Source of the DNA: a candidate division FCPU426 bacterium
Lineage (GTDB): Bacteria; Oederibacteriota; JAAXVQ01; JAUVAV01
Reading direction: 5' to 3'
Assembly (NCBI GenBank): GCA_030637655.1
Contig: DAOWGI010000104.1
Location: forward strand, 1-38,368
Length of the DNA stretch: 38,368 bases
Shown here: positions 25,013 through 36,106 of the stretch, one piece after another
Layout: each line of letters begins with the position of its first letter
Numbering within the stretch: position 1 is the stretch's first letter
Program-made: the position numbers and the translations under genes
Notes under the pieces: model-generated
Told to the model about the DNA's origin: nothing
The model's input: only the letters and a program-made list of their open reading frames with translations
Database searches by the model: none

Positions 25013-27383
25013 CCAGTTTGACCACTTTGCCCTTGACAGCGGTTTGAAATCCGCGCTCAATTTTTTCTCCATTTTCATCAATGACTTTGATGGTATGCCA
25101 ACCGGCACTCACGGCAATGGCCTTGTCGTGCTTATCACGCGTTTCACCCAGATACTTGTCATCCATATACCAAAACACCCGGCAGCGGCGGTCACGATGC
25201 GTTACTTGAACAATTAATTTCTGGAATTTACCGTCAATGCCCCGCGGAATCCATATTTTGGCTTTTTCCAGGGGATAAACAATATCCATCGCGCGTTCCT
25301 TATTCACGGAGGAACATCTGGGATTATGCGCGGGTATTTTACTGACACGATGACCGTGCTTGCGCATAATATGCATGATGTGCGGTGGATAGACTAAGCG
25401 CACTACTTTATGATATCCGGTTTCCCAGCACAAAGCGCAGACCGTATGTTTTTCCTCCTTGTCAAAATGATAAATCCGGTGATAAGGGCAGCGCCGGAAA
25501 GGCCGATTATGTTTGGGAATACCCATGATTTTGGTGTTCGGGCAAAGCTCTGTGGCAATAAAGCCGGTATCCTGACAAATTTCAACCGGTGTAAATTGAG
25601 CAAACGGTTTGGCAAACCAAGCCTCGCTTGATTCCTGAGGCAAAGCATTAAAACAATCAAACAATAATGGTCCTGCAAAACGGGCACCGCTTAAATTGGA
25701 ATTTCCTTCGCCGGTAAAGTTTCCCACCCAAACACCAATCGTCCATTTGGGATTAGTGCCAATGGCCCAGGCATCCCGGCTGCCGTAACTGGTGCCGGTT
25801 TTCCAGGCAATTGGTCTTTGATTATTAAACTGTTCCCAATAATATTCCGCGCCCGGCCGTTTCACGTCGCGCAGCATATTCAACACCAAAAAACAAGAAG
25901 CGGGATGCAGCAACCTCTGGCCCGCATTTTTAGCGGCACTCTTGTCCGTTAAAATAGTCAAAGGTTGAAATATTCCGCCTTGTCCTAAACCCCGGTAGAG
26001 CGCCACCATTTCCCATAGGGTCACTTCCGAACCACCCAGTATCAAGGAAAGGCCATATTCATCTGCCGTGCGAAAAAGGGTTGTCACCCCGGCTGCTTTT
26101 AATAAAAGATAAAACGAGTACACGCCGTATGTATTTAGTAAGCGCACTGCCGGTACGTTTAAAGACTGTATCAAGGCCTCACGGGCAAAAACCAGGCCTT
26201 GGAAGGTTTTTGTGTAATTTTGCGGTGAAAAGCCTTTAAAGTGTGTTGGTATATCCTTCATTTTCATATCCGGTAATATCAGGCCTTCATCCATAGCCGC
26301 GGCATATAAAAACGGTTTTAAAATGGATCCGGAAGAGCGTGGTGATTGCACACCATCCACTTTCCCTTCATGCTCATTATCATGGTAATCCTGCGATCCA
26401 ACATATGCCCGGATAGCGCCGCTTTTGGTCTCGGCCACCAAGAGACAGACGTTTTTAATACCATAGGCCCGCAGAAAATATAAATGTCTCTGTAAAATTT
26501 CTTTGCAGGTTGTCTGAACGTCTTTATTCAGCGTGGTCTGCAAGGTAAATTGACCCAAGCAAGACTGACTCAGCCGGCGTGTGGCATGGGGTGCCAAGAG
26601 CGGAAAAGGCAAAACTTTATCCGGAGCTGGTTCTGTAATCGCAAGTTCATAGCTGGAATTATCCAAATATCCTTGTTTTACCAGGGTCTTCAGTAAATCA
26701 TTGCGCTTGGTAATCAATTTATTTCGATTGACTACAGGTGTAATTAATGAAGGTAAATTAGGCAGCACTGCCAGAGTCGCGGCCTGCGCCCAGGTTAATT
26801 CAGCCGCCCTTTTTCCAAAATATTTCCAAGCCGCTGCCTGATAGCCTTTGATATTTCCGCCATACGGCGCATGATCCAAATACATGCATAGAATTTCTTC
26901 TTTACTGTAGCGTATTTCCATTTTAACGGCTTGCAGCATTTCCAATAATTTATTGGCATAGGTCCGGGCTTTAGGTTTACTTAAGCGGGCGACTTGCATG
27001 GTAATCGTAGAGGCGCCACTCATCACTTTTTTATAACGTAAATTCAAAACCAGGGCGCGAAGAACGGCCTTGGCGCTGACACCACGATGCCGATAAAAGC
27101 TTCGGTCTTCATAGTGCAATACGGCGTGTTTTAATTTTTCAGGAATCGCTTTTTGTTTTTCCGGCGGAAGGATCCAGTGCTCCTGTTGATTAAGAAAAAC
27201 CCGGAGAATATTTTTATTTTCATCCAATATCACCCGGCTGTAGTCCCTTGGAAACACAGGACGCGGCAAAGGAATCAGGGCATACAAAAACAGAAATAGC
27301 GCTAACAGACATGAAAGAATGCGCAGGCCGCTGGGTATGCGCCGCCAATATATTGAAATTGCACGACCGTATTTTTTTAACAT
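24936..27383 (-). CDS. pbpC: Penicillin-binding protein 1C
   Basis: Transglycosylase EDRSFYRH and SGASTITMQ; transpeptidase SILKP, SLN and KTGT; follows alpha-2-macroglobulin; start set at MLKKYG. Confidence 0.93.
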   Translation of the reverse strand: MLKKYGRAISIYWRRIPSGLRILSCLLALFLFLYALIPLPRPVFPRDYSRVILDENKNILRVFLNQQEHWILPPEKQKAIPEKLKHAVLHYEDRSFYRHRGVSAKAVLRALVLNLRYKKVMSGASTITMQVARLSKPKARTYANKLLEMLQAVKMEIRYSKEEILCMYLDHAPYGGNIKGYQAAAWKYFGKRAAELTWAQAATLAVLPNLPSLITPVVNRNKLITKRNDLLKTLVKQGYLDNSSYELAITEPAPDKVLPFPLLAPHATRRLSQSCLGQFTLQTTLNKDVQTTCKEILQRHLYFLRAYGIKNVCLLVAETKSGAIRAYVGSQDYHDNEHEGKVDGVQSPRSSGSILKPFLYAAAMDEGLILPDMKMKDIPTHFKGFSPQNYTKTFQGLVFAREALIQSLNVPAVRLLNTYGVYSFYLLLKAAGVTTLFRTADEYGLSLILGGSEVTLWEMVALYRGLGQGGIFQPLTILTDKSAAKNAGQRLLHPASCFLVLNMLRDVKRPGAEYYWEQFNNQRPIAWKTGTSYGSRDAWAIGTNPKWTIGVWVGNFTGEGNSNLSGARFAGPLLFDCFNALPQESSEAWFAKPFAQFTPVEICQDTGFIATELCPNTKIMGIPKHNRPFRRCPYHRIYHFDKEEKHTVCALCWETGYHKVVRLVYPPHIMHIMRKHGHRVSKIPAHNPRCSSVNKERAMDIVYPLEKAKIWIPRGIDGKFQKLIVQVTHRDRRCRVFWYMDDKYLGETRDKHDKAIAVSAGWHTIKVIDENGEKIERGFQTAVKGKVVKLGIMSVKQEKPNTDKPEPKLAADERR

Positions 27384-27419
27384 TGATATGGTTTGTATAA
27401 AAAATGCAATTCCTATTCT

Positions 27420-27478
27420 GTAGGGGCGACCGGCTTGTCTCGGCAAAGCTTTAGCGAAGACGAACTGGTCGCCCCTAC
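27420..27478. repeat. GTAG palindrome split at its centre by a 31-nt CTTG-hairpin unit
   Basis: GTAGGGGCGACCGG[CTTGTCTCGGCAAAGCTTTAGCGAAGACGAA]CTGGTCGCCCCTAC. Confidence 0.85.
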
Positions 27479-27483
27479 AATTA

Positions 27484-30400
27484 TCATTCATTAAATGACG
27501 GCAATACTTCCACCCGTTTTCCAGGGGTTGTGGCTTTATAATTATTGTCATACATAGCTTCCACTTGTGTGGAGGGCAGAATGAATTTCCCGGCTGTGAC
27601 GGCATTTACCTTTACCACGAACTTATATTCATTACGGGTCCGCTGCATATTGAAAAACCACATAATGCGGTCATCACGAATATCTAAGTAATCTTCCCTG
27701 GTTAGATTCTTCTGGGGCAGCCAATCCGGCAACTTTTCTCCGGAAAGACGCATATTTTCTATTTCCCAACCAGAAGGTACGATCTGCACCAGGGCCACAT
27801 TTTCCAGATCAGAACCCCGCCATTGGGCGGCACGCCGCACAGTAATGCGCCCATAAAAACTCGAACCCTGTTTTACCTTGGATTCATCCAATAAACTACC
27901 GTCTTCATCAAACCAGGATACTTTCAAAGACATGCGATCTGCCACGGATTCCTCTTCATCGGTCATTAAAGGCACGCCATCCCAGTTTAAAGTGACATAG
28001 GCCATATCCTGCGTTGCGCCTTGGTCCAGAAAAACTTCTACTGTTTGTCCAAAACCCTGCTCAATTGTATGACGAAAGGTGAGTTCCTTAGTATCAAATT
28101 TTAAGCGTTGGCCTCCGGGCAAAGTAATATATCCAAGCAAGCGCGGTTTTTTATTGCCATAGTCCGCTTCAATTGTCTGTAAGTATTTCCCCATAGCCAA
28201 CAAACCATAAGCTACGGTTTGAGTTGAATACCAGCTTGTGCCGGAAAGAGATTCACCCAGGCTTTCAAACATCTCGTACGCTTTATCCCGCTTCTTTAAC
28301 AAGACCAGGGTTTCCAAAATAATCGCCTGGTCGCGCACTCCGGAACCAAAGGTGCCTCCGGTTTCTTGGTAGTCTTTGACTTCATAACCTGCTTTGGCAC
28401 TGATTTCCCGCGCTACTTTGGATGAACCGGTCAAATGATAGGCAGCAGCCAAAAGCCATTTTTCCGTACTATCCATGTCCTGCAAGTTATTTTCTTTCAA
28501 TAAATTCATTGGGCCCAGAGCAGGAGCGCCGGCCATAGCCAAAAGATAGACCCGATATACGCGTTCTTTGACATTGCCTGCTGTTTTAAGTGCCTGCGAA
28601 TGCTGATATTTTTTCCATTTTTTCAGCATGGAATCCGGAACATTGTAGCCTTTTTGCTTGGCTTCCAAGAGGAAATGACCGGCATAATTTGTTCCCCAGC
28701 CGGTTGAACTATGGCCTCCCGGCCAATAGGAAAAACCTCCATTGGGCAGAACAAATTTTTTCAAGCTTTGAATTCCGGCCTGAATGTTTTTATCAATTTT
28801 TTTCGCTTTTTTCTCATCAGAGGCTAAAAATGACTTTAAATAGAGCTGAGGAAAAACAGCAGACGTAGTTTGTTCAATACAACCGTAGGGATAACGGATC
28901 AGCCATCCCAGTCGTTTTTCCAGGCCCAGTTTTGGCAAACGCTTGATACTGATACTGGCCCGGTTGGAATTGAGAATACCGTCATTGGGAATCTGCAGGC
29001 TGACACGTTCACCTTTTTTGAGAACTTGAGTTTCTGATTTGGAAATTCTTGGCGCAGACGGCCTAACAGCAATACTGGTGGTGGACTCTGTTTTAATTTT
29101 TTTGGCTGTGGCTAAAAGATGAATCTTGGCCTGCCCCACAGCCCGCCGGGTTTTAATCTTGAAATAGACCATTTGGTCTTTGGCTTTCGGCACATTAATG
29201 GTTTTTGAATTCCGACCCTCAATATCCAGCGGTCCTTCGGTTGTTAATTGCAAGCTGACTTTGCCCACACCATCTTTCATGGCAATAACATTTACCGGTA
29301 AAGTAAAGCTTTCTTTTGGCCCTAAAACACGCGGCAGGGTCGGTTGTATCATCAAGGCCTGGCGCACTAAAACAGTCTTATCCGCATGTCCGTACGCCTG
29401 TTTTTCCGCAGCCACGGCCATAACCCGCACAGCCCCGATATAATTGGGCATGGTAAAATCCGCTATGATTTTACCATGTTTATCAGACTCAAGCGGCCCT
29501 TTAAACATGGCTACAGGCTTGAAACGCTTGGCCTGCAGCAAACTCTTTTGACGGCGTTCCATGAGCTCGGACTCGCCGCCGCCGATGGAAAACAATTTGG
29601 CAATATCGCCTTTATTGGCGCCGATCACGTAGGCATACAAGTCATAAGTCATTATACCCAAACGCATTTTTCTGAAGAAAAATTTCCAGGGATTGGGTGT
29701 CTGAAACCCGGTCAAGTCCAACAAACCCTCATCCACCACGGCAATGGTCGCTTGATAAGTGGAATTATCAACACTTTGCAATTCCAGGGAAAATTTCTTC
29801 CCGGGTTTAATCTCATCCGCTGCTTTTAATCGTATATATTTGCGGGTCGACGGGTCCTCCACGTTTAACGGTTTCACGCCATAGAGCCTCAGGGGCAAAT
29901 CATTTTTTGTCTGAGCATGCGGCTGTAATATAGAAACACTGACATAGGTGGTGGGCATCATTTTTTCGGTAATCGGAATATCCTGGATGCATTCGGTTTG
30001 ATCTTTGCCGATTTCTTCCCACCAGGTTTCCAGAACTTCGTTCCCGCGTTCCAAGGAAAACAAAACGCGGCCGGCGCCGGGAACCGGAAAACGCACCCGC
30101 GCTTTGTCTCCCGGAAAATATTTCTGACGGTCGGTTTTTATGATCACATTGCCGGCATCTTCTTTGGCTTGCGCGCCGGAACCCCAACGCGAAGCCTGGA
30201 AAAAGTAACCTGTAGTATGCCCGTCGGCTCCATGCTGAATTTCCAGCAAATACTCGCCGCGCTCTTCCAAAGGAATTTTCAGTTTCATAGGACGGCTGCT
30301 GGTAACCGCAGTTCCCTCTTTGACCAAATCAGTGGAACCGTGAGTTTTGAACTTCAAGCGGCGGTTTCTTTCGTTCCGGTACTCCCACCACCAAAACCGC

Positions 30401-33021
30401 TCATTTTTATAGACACGGTATTTCAAAGTCTGGCCGGCAACTGCTTTGCCTTCAGGCGTCACCAAAACAACTTTTGCGATATAATCATTGGGAATCCGGA
30501 AATAGCCATAATCCAATTCCATTTTTTTAGTGCCCACATAGTGAGTATAGGGATTGACTGGGACGGTAATGCGTTTTTGAGTAAAGCGGCCCCCTTTTTC
30601 AAATACTTTGGCGCGAATTATGGCTTTCAAACCTGAAGGGGTTTCGCCAAAAGCCGGCAATTGCCAGATGGCCTGACGCTTTCCTTGGGCATTCAATCTG
30701 CCGGAAAAAATATCCGACCGATACGGCCGGTAAGGAATCCCCTCGTGCGTGAAAATAAAATCCGGGAATTTTTCAAAAGACTTGATGTCATTTTCCAATA
30801 CTCCGTTAATTTTGGCCTTTAAATCTGCGGCCGGAGCGCCAAATAAATAAATAGAAGATAGCTCAAGTATCAGCCCACCATCTGCAGGACTAAGTGACTT
30901 TTTCGAGGGCTCAATATTAACTTTTAATCGGTTCGGCACCACAGTCTCAATTTTAATTTTTTCCAGAATCGTGGTGCCGCCTGCTTCAATTTCCACCCGC
31001 CAATTTCCGGTCATATCCTCCATTTCCGTTTTTAAGGGAAAATAATAAAAACCGTCTTCCGCATCCCGCACCGTGTTTTCCGTAACCAGTTGATCTTTAG
31101 GATTAAAGAATTTCAAGGTTACCGGATGATTTTTGGGGAAAGTTCCTTCTTGATTGCGCACGAGCACAGTAAGATGAATCGGATCACCGGGCCGGTAAAC
31201 GCCGCGATCTGTATAGATAAATGCCCGGTTCTTGCCTGAATCGCCCTGTGCTCCGGAGATTTCGAACCCCGTTAAATTCCAGGCCATTTCCGAAAGTTTG
31301 ACCACAGAACGCTGACCGCCCAGCTCGCCTTCAGCGTAAAAAACATCTTCTGTAACATTGCTAAAGGCAGCCACACCCTTGGCGTTGGTAGTACCTTGGG
31401 CCACGATTTGATTCTGATAACTCATCAGCCTGACTTTCACGCCGAATAGGGGTTTGGTGTTTTTCAAGTGATTGGCAATCACATGGTAGCTTTCATGCCC
31501 TTTTTTCACAGTCAAACCGATGTCACTGACAATAATCTGAATGCTAGCTGTACCGTATTTTTCCCGGTAACCGTCATTATAGGGATTGGTATGATAATCA
31601 TCAGACCAATAAGAGTTGTCTGCGGATTCTTCCTCATCGTCGTTGGCGTAAAGCATATCATCTTTGTTGTACCAGATTTTCACAATAAAGAGGCCTTGGG
31701 CCTCCTGTGACAGGATCTTTTTTAGATCCAGAGCATGCACCAACAGCGTATTCTTTTGTTCGCCTATATACAGTGTTTCTTCTTTAACAGAAACACCGAC
31801 ACGCCGGAATTCATAATGATTGGGATAATACGGATCTGAAGAAAACCGGTTGTGCAGACGCTCGGTCTGGAGAAATTGGCCGATATTGTCAGCAAATACT
31901 TTTTGCACTTGCAGCCGGACTTCTTTTACATTCATGGTCTCAAAAGTAACCTTATCATCATTGGTAGTAGGCAAAAACACGCCCGGACCGGTAAAACGCA
32001 GGAATGGTTTGATATCTTTAAACGACATGTTTGCCTGATAAGGACGTTGCAACGCTTCTTCCCAGCGGTTTTTAATACCTTTCAGAATTTCCACACGATA
32101 TTCCTGATTAAAGGCAAAATCCCCAAGGATATACAGCTTTTGAGCGGCTGATTTAAGCTGTACTTTTACCGCTGGTGAGATTTTCACAAATCCATCCGGG
32201 CTTTGTGTTTGGGACAAAACATCGGAAAAATGAGCCACAAAACCGGTCTGATCATCACTTTTTATAATCTCGATCTTTTTAACGTAGAACCGTTTGCCGG
32301 CTTCCAAAGCCGCTTCTTTTTTAATATTCGCGGCCGTATTTACTAAATCGCTTTTCAGAATAAGTGTATATAGTTTGGTTTTGCGGCCTTGTTCCAAACC
32401 GGGACTTTTAAAAACAAATTGTTTGCCTCGGGCCGGGCCTTCGATTTGCAATACCACCCGCGCAGCCCTGGATTTCATTTGCAAAGCCTGCTCTAAAGTG
32501 GTTTTTTCCACTTCATGGCTGAACTGGATTTCCCCTTCATAACTAAACTGTTTAGTCTCTTTATCCGCCAGTTTGAATTCACCCTCAAATTTTACGACTT
32601 CATTACCAATGGATTCGAACATGAATTCAATGGGAATGGCCGTAGGATCATCCTGCAGGACATCCAGGTGAAGTTTACAAGTATAAGACTGGAACTTCTT
32701 CATAGGTTCATCAGGCTGAAACTCCAAATCCGTCCGGGAAAGCCAGACCGCTTTACCTGCCAGGGCTGGTTTAAAGGATAATATTTTTCTGCCGTCAGCT
32801 TGACCCACTACACTGGGACTTACCATTTCTTTGGCAAAAATAAATTTTAGCGGTGATCTGAAATTCACATATCTGCCGGGCAAACCGGTTACCACCTGCG
32901 CCTGCCCCAGACTTACCGGTCGGACTCCATCCCGATCAAATTTGTCGGTTTTCTTGGGAGCACAAGCAGCAAGTGTAATTACTAAAGCAAACAACAGTGA
33001 AAACAAGGTAAATTTTTTCAT
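27484..33021 (-). CDS. Bacterial alpha-2-macroglobulin (YfhM-like) lipoprotein
   Basis: Lipobox LAAC; TDRGVYRPGD; AVVDEGLL; intact thioester YPYGCIEQTTS; DIRDDR; paired with pbpC. Confidence 0.93.
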   Translation of the reverse strand: MKKFTLFSLLFALVITLAACAPKKTDKFDRDGVRPVSLGQAQVVTGLPGRYVNFRSPLKFIFAKEMVSPSVVGQADGRKILSFKPALAGKAVWLSRTDLEFQPDEPMKKFQSYTCKLHLDVLQDDPTAIPIEFMFESIGNEVVKFEGEFKLADKETKQFSYEGEIQFSHEVEKTTLEQALQMKSRAARVVLQIEGPARGKQFVFKSPGLEQGRKTKLYTLILKSDLVNTAANIKKEAALEAGKRFYVKKIEIIKSDDQTGFVAHFSDVLSQTQSPDGFVKISPAVKVQLKSAAQKLYILGDFAFNQEYRVEILKGIKNRWEEALQRPYQANMSFKDIKPFLRFTGPGVFLPTTNDDKVTFETMNVKEVRLQVQKVFADNIGQFLQTERLHNRFSSDPYYPNHYEFRRVGVSVKEETLYIGEQKNTLLVHALDLKKILSQEAQGLFIVKIWYNKDDMLYANDDEEESADNSYWSDDYHTNPYNDGYREKYGTASIQIIVSDIGLTVKKGHESYHVIANHLKNTKPLFGVKVRLMSYQNQIVAQGTTNAKGVAAFSNVTEDVFYAEGELGGQRSVVKLSEMAWNLTGFEISGAQGDSGKNRAFIYTDRGVYRPGDPIHLTVLVRNQEGTFPKNHPVTLKFFNPKDQLVTENTVRDAEDGFYYFPLKTEMEDMTGNWRVEIEAGGTTILEKIKIETVVPNRLKVNIEPSKKSLSPADGGLILELSSIYLFGAPAADLKAKINGVLENDIKSFEKFPDFIFTHEGIPYRPYRSDIFSGRLNAQGKRQAIWQLPAFGETPSGLKAIIRAKVFEKGGRFTQKRITVPVNPYTHYVGTKKMELDYGYFRIPNDYIAKVVLVTPEGKAVAGQTLKYRVYKNERFWWWEYRNERNRRLKFKTHGSTDLVKEGTAVTSSRPMKLKIPLEERGEYLLEIQHGADGHTTGYFFQASRWGSGAQAKEDAGNVIIKTDRQKYFPGDKARVRFPVPGAGRVLFSLERGNEVLETWWEEIGKDQTECIQDIPITEKMMPTTYVSVSILQPHAQTKNDLPLRLYGVKPLNVEDPSTRKYIRLKAADEIKPGKKFSLELQSVDNSTYQATIAVVDEGLLDLTGFQTPNPWKFFFRKMRLGIMTYDLYAYVIGANKGDIAKLFSIGGGESELMERRQKSLLQAKRFKPVAMFKGPLESDKHGKIIADFTMPNYIGAVRVMAVAAEKQAYGHADKTVLVRQALMIQPTLPRVLGPKESFTLPVNVIAMKDGVGKVSLQLTTEGPLDIEGRNSKTINVPKAKDQMVYFKIKTRRAVGQAKIHLLATAKKIKTESTTSIAVRPSAPRISKSETQVLKKGERVSLQIPNDGILNSNRASISIKRLPKLGLEKRLGWLIRYPYGCIEQTTSAVFPQLYLKSFLASDEKKAKKIDKNIQAGIQSLKKFVLPNGGFSYWPGGHSSTGWGTNYAGHFLLEAKQKGYNVPDSMLKKWKKYQHSQALKTAGNVKERVYRVYLLAMAGAPALGPMNLLKENNLQDMDSTEKWLLAAAYHLTGSSKVAREISAKAGYEVKDYQETGGTFGSGVRDQAIILETLVLLKKRDKAYEMFESLGESLSGTSWYSTQTVAYGLLAMGKYLQTIEADYGNKKPRLLGYITLPGGQRLKFDTKELTFRHTIEQGFGQTVEVFLDQGATQDMAYVTLNWDGVPLMTDEEESVADRMSLKVSWFDEDGSLLDESKVKQGSSFYGRITVRRAAQWRGSDLENVALVQIVPSGWEIENMRLSGEKLPDWLPQKNLTREDYLDIRDDRIMWFFNMQRTRNEYKFVVKVNAVTAGKFILPSTQVEAMYDNNYKATTPGKRVEVLPSFNE

Positions 33022-33054
33022 AGTCACACCCCTTTGAGAAAGCTGCAAACTATT

Positions 33055-33084
33055 ATTTTAATGCAGTTTTTGCCGGAATAGCAA
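33055..33084 (-). promoter_or_regulatory. Putative promoter for the macroglobulin-pbpC pair
   Basis: TTGCTA-18 bp-TAAAAT. Confidence 0.45.
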
Positions 33085-33122
33085 GTAATATTAATGGTTT
33101 TTGGATCTTGTTTTTAGATCTT

Positions 33123-33150
33123 GTAGAGACGCGATTAATCGCGTCTCTAT
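33123..33150. repeat. GTAG palindrome
   Basis: GTAGAGACGCGATTAATCGCGTCTCTAT. Confidence 0.85.
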
Positions 33151-33205
33151 TTTAGGTTTGGACCTGGAATTGAAATTTTCCTGGCAGATTATTTTGACGG
33201 GTCAA

Positions 33206-33251
33206 GCAATAATTGTAGGGAACAGGCATGCCTGTTCCCTACAATTATTGC
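33206..33251. repeat. GTAG palindrome extended to a perfect 46-bp palindrome over the secA stop
   Basis: GCAATAATT-GTAGGGAACAGGCATGCCTGTTCCCTAC-AATTATTGC. Confidence 0.88.
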
Positions 33252-35893
33252 CCGTGGCACTTCTTGTACTTTTTTCCTGATCCGCAGGGGCAGGGATCAT
33301 TGCGGCCCACCTTGGGTTGGGTACGACGGATTGGCTCTGCTTTAGCAGGTCCGCCGGTAGGTACTGCCCGGCTCATGTCGCGTGGTCCTCCGCCCATGGC
33401 AGGCGGCATGCCGGGCATAACACCGGGAATATTGGATTGGGGCTGTGGTTGTTGGGGTTGTATAAATTCCGGACGCGATTCGGTCCAGCGCGAAGGCATA
33501 GAAGTACGCGGTCCTTCGTTTGATTCCTGAAAAGCTTTTATCTTTAACAAGAGTTGTATCAGCTCCTGTTTGATCTGCATAATCATATCCGCAAACATAT
33601 TGAATCCTTCGCGCTTGTACTCCAGCAAAGGATCTTTCTGTCCATACGCGCGCAATCCGATCCCCTCTTTTAATTTATCCATATCATAGAGGTGCTCTTT
33701 CCAGCGTTGATCCACGATTTGCAATAATAGGGCCCGTTCCAACTGGCGCATGACCTCCGTACCCAATAAGGTCTCCTGATTGCCAAATCCTTTTTCCACC
33801 TGCATTTTGAATTCTTCCGTTAGTTTTTCACGATTAACAGCAGGGATATCTTCATCAGTCCAGGGAAACGTGACATTGTATTGTTTGGCCCACGTATGAA
33901 TGGTTTCCCAATTCCATTCTTCGGGATATACCTTTTCCGGCGTCATCTCAGGAAATGCATCTGCCGGAATATCATTAATCATGCCCATGATGTGATCATG
34001 CAAATCCTCACCTTCCAGAACGCTTGAACGCTCATCGTAAATTACGGTACGCTGCTTGTTCATCACATCATCGTATTCCAACAAATGCTTACGAATATCA
34101 AAGTTATGCCCTTCCACAGTTCGCTGGGCGCGTTCTAAGGCTTTGGAAATCCAGGGGTGCTCAATAACTTCGCCTTCCTGTAATCCCAGTTTTTCCAACA
34201 TTCCACCCACGCGCTCAGAGCCGAAGATGCGCATTAAATCATCCTGCAGTGATACATAAAAGCGCGATGAACCGGAATCACCCTGACGTCCGGCACGACC
34301 GCGTAACTGGTTATCAATACGCCGGCTCTCATGCCGCTCAGTGCCAATGATATGCAACCCCCCGAGTTCCCGCACACCATCTCCTAACACAATATCCGTA
34401 CCACGACCGGCCATATTGGTCGCAATGGTTACCGCACCCTTTTGCCCCGCCTGAGCAATGATCTCCGCTTCCCGTTCATGCTGCTTGGCATTCAAAACCT
34501 GGTGCGGAACACCGCGGCGTTTCAACAAAGCTGCCAATTCTTCATTTTTTTCAATGGAAATCGTGCCTACCAGGACCGGCTGGCCCTTTTGATGGCTCTC
34601 CTTTATTTCCTCCACCACAGCATTAAATTTCTCTTTTTCAGTGCGTAAGATTTGATCTCCATAATCCGCACGCACCATCGGTTTATTGGTCGGAACAACC
34701 ACAACATCCAATTTATAAATATGCCCAAATTCTTCGGCTTCCGTATCCGCAGTGCCGGTCATACCGCTCAATTTTTTATAAATACGAAAATAATTCTGAA
34801 AGGTAATGGAGGCTAAAGTCTGATTTTCACGTTGAATACGCACAGCTTCTTTGGCTTCCAAGGCTTGATGTAACCCTTCGGAAAAACGGCGGCCAGGCAT
34901 TAAACGTCCGGTAAATTCATCCACAATGATCACTTGATTGTCTTGCACCACGTAATCACGATCACGTATAAAGAGTACATGCGCTTTGAGCGCCTGATTC
35001 ACATGATGCAGTATTTCCACATTATTGGAATCATAGAGATTTCCCACATTGAGCAGTTTTTCCGCGTGCGCGACTCCTTCCTCGGTCAACACTACGGTTT
35101 TGGATTTCTCATCCTTCTTATAATCCGAGGCAGCTTGTAAGCGCGGAATAATTTTATCAATACGATAATACTTGTCTGTGGACTCTTCCGTGGGTCCGGA
35201 AATAATCAGAGGTGTCCGTGCTTCGTCAATAAGGATGGAGTCCACTTCATCCACAATACAGTAATTCAATTTGCGCTGCACCCGTTCATCCGGATGAATG
35301 GCCATGTTGTCACGCAAATAATCAAAACCAAATTCATTGTTTGTCCCATAGGTAATATCGCAAGCATAGGCGTGTTGCCGTTCCACGTGGTCCAATCCAT
35401 GCTTATTGCAACCAACCGTTAATCCGAGAAAACGGTAGATTTCTCCCATACCGCGAAAATTACCCATGCCTAAGGAATCGCGTTCAGCCAGATAATCGTT
35501 CACTGTTACCACATGGGCGCCTTTTCCATCCAACGCATTGAGATATAACGGCAAGGTAGCGACTAAGGTCTTTCCTTCACCGGTCTTCATTTCCGCAATT
35601 TTTCCCTCATGCAGTATAATGCCGCCCATCATCTGAACATCAAAATGACGAAGACCCAAGGTACGCATCGAAGCTTCCCGGACAACCGCAAACGCTTCAA
35701 CCAGAATATCATCCAGTGTTTCTCCGTTTTGAATCCGTTTTCGAAATTCATCCGTTTTCCCGCGTAATTGATCATCGGAAAGTTTTTTCATTTCCGGTTC
35801 CAAATCATTTATTTGATCCACCCGCGGCTGCAATCGCTTCGCATCACGATCGGATTTGGTCCCGAATATTTTTGTGAGTACAGCATTAATCAT
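33245..35893 (-). CDS. secA: Preprotein translocase subunit SecA
   Basis: [52 protein letters not shown] motif [14 protein letters not shown]. Confidence 0.98.
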   Translation of the reverse strand: MINAVLTKIFGTKSDRDAKRLQPRVDQINDLEPEMKKLSDDQLRGKTDEFRKRIQNGETLDDILVEAFAVVREASMRTLGLRHFDVQMMGGIILHEGKIAEMKTGEGKTLVATLPLYLNALDGKGAHVVTVNDYLAERDSLGMGNFRGMGEIYRFLGLTVGCNKHGLDHVERQHAYACDITYGTNNEFGFDYLRDNMAIHPDERVQRKLNYCIVDEVDSILIDEARTPLIISGPTEESTDKYYRIDKIIPRLQAASDYKKDEKSKTVVLTEEGVAHAEKLLNVGNLYDSNNVEILHHVNQALKAHVLFIRDRDYVVQDNQVIIVDEFTGRLMPGRRFSEGLHQALEAKEAVRIQRENQTLASITFQNYFRIYKKLSGMTGTADTEAEEFGHIYKLDVVVVPTNKPMVRADYGDQILRTEKEKFNAVVEEIKESHQKGQPVLVGTISIEKNEELAALLKRRGVPHQVLNAKQHEREAEIIAQAGQKGAVTIATNMAGRGTDIVLGDGVRELGGLHIIGTERHESRRIDNQLRGRAGRQGDSGSSRFYVSLQDDLMRIFGSERVGGMLEKLGLQEGEVIEHPWISKALERAQRTVEGHNFDIRKHLLEYDDVMNKQRTVIYDERSSVLEGEDLHDHIMGMINDIPADAFPEMTPEKVYPEEWNWETIHTWAKQYNVTFPWTDEDIPAVNREKLTEEFKMQVEKGFGNQETLLGTEVMRQLERALLLQIVDQRWKEHLYDMDKLKEGIGLRAYGQKDPLLEYKREGFNMFADMIMQIKQELIQLLLKIKAFQESNEGPRTSMPSRWTESRPEFIQPQQPQPQSNIPGVMPGMPPAMGGGPRDMSRAVPTGGPAKAEPIRRTQPKVGRNDPCPCGSGKKYKKCHGQ

Positions 35894-35918
35894 AAATTAC
35901 TCCTATTTCCATATGTTC

Positions 35919-35946
35919 GTAGAGGCGATTCATGAATCGCCTCTAC
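35919..35946. repeat. GTAG palindrome
   Basis: Perfect 28-mer GTAGAGGCGATTCATGAATCGCCTCTAC. Confidence 0.9.
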
Positions 35947-35959
35947 AATACAAATATAT

Positions 35960-36098
35960 GTGACAGGTCAGTAAACTGCGCAGTTAAATAAAGATTGTCA
36001 TTCCCGAGGGTTTAATCGGGAATCTGGTTTTTTAAACCGTATCCCCGATACAAGCATTCGGGGATGACAAACAAAAAAAACCATGACTGACATGTTAC
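35960..36098. mobile_element. MITE copy 4 (139 bp) with 8-bp target duplication
   Basis: GTGACAGGTCAGT…ACTGACATGTTAC flanked on both sides by AAATATAT; close to the reverse complement of 13371..13507. Confidence 0.92.
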
Positions 36099-36106
36099 AA
36101 ATATAT

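Noticed and set aside
27384-27605. N-terminal extension of PbpC
   Set aside because: Overlaps the macroglobulin 3' end and translates a REP; the TM anchor follows MLKKYG
27484-33021. Alpha-2-macroglobulin-pbpC as a novel system
   Set aside because: Well-known conserved pair with an intact CxEQ thioester
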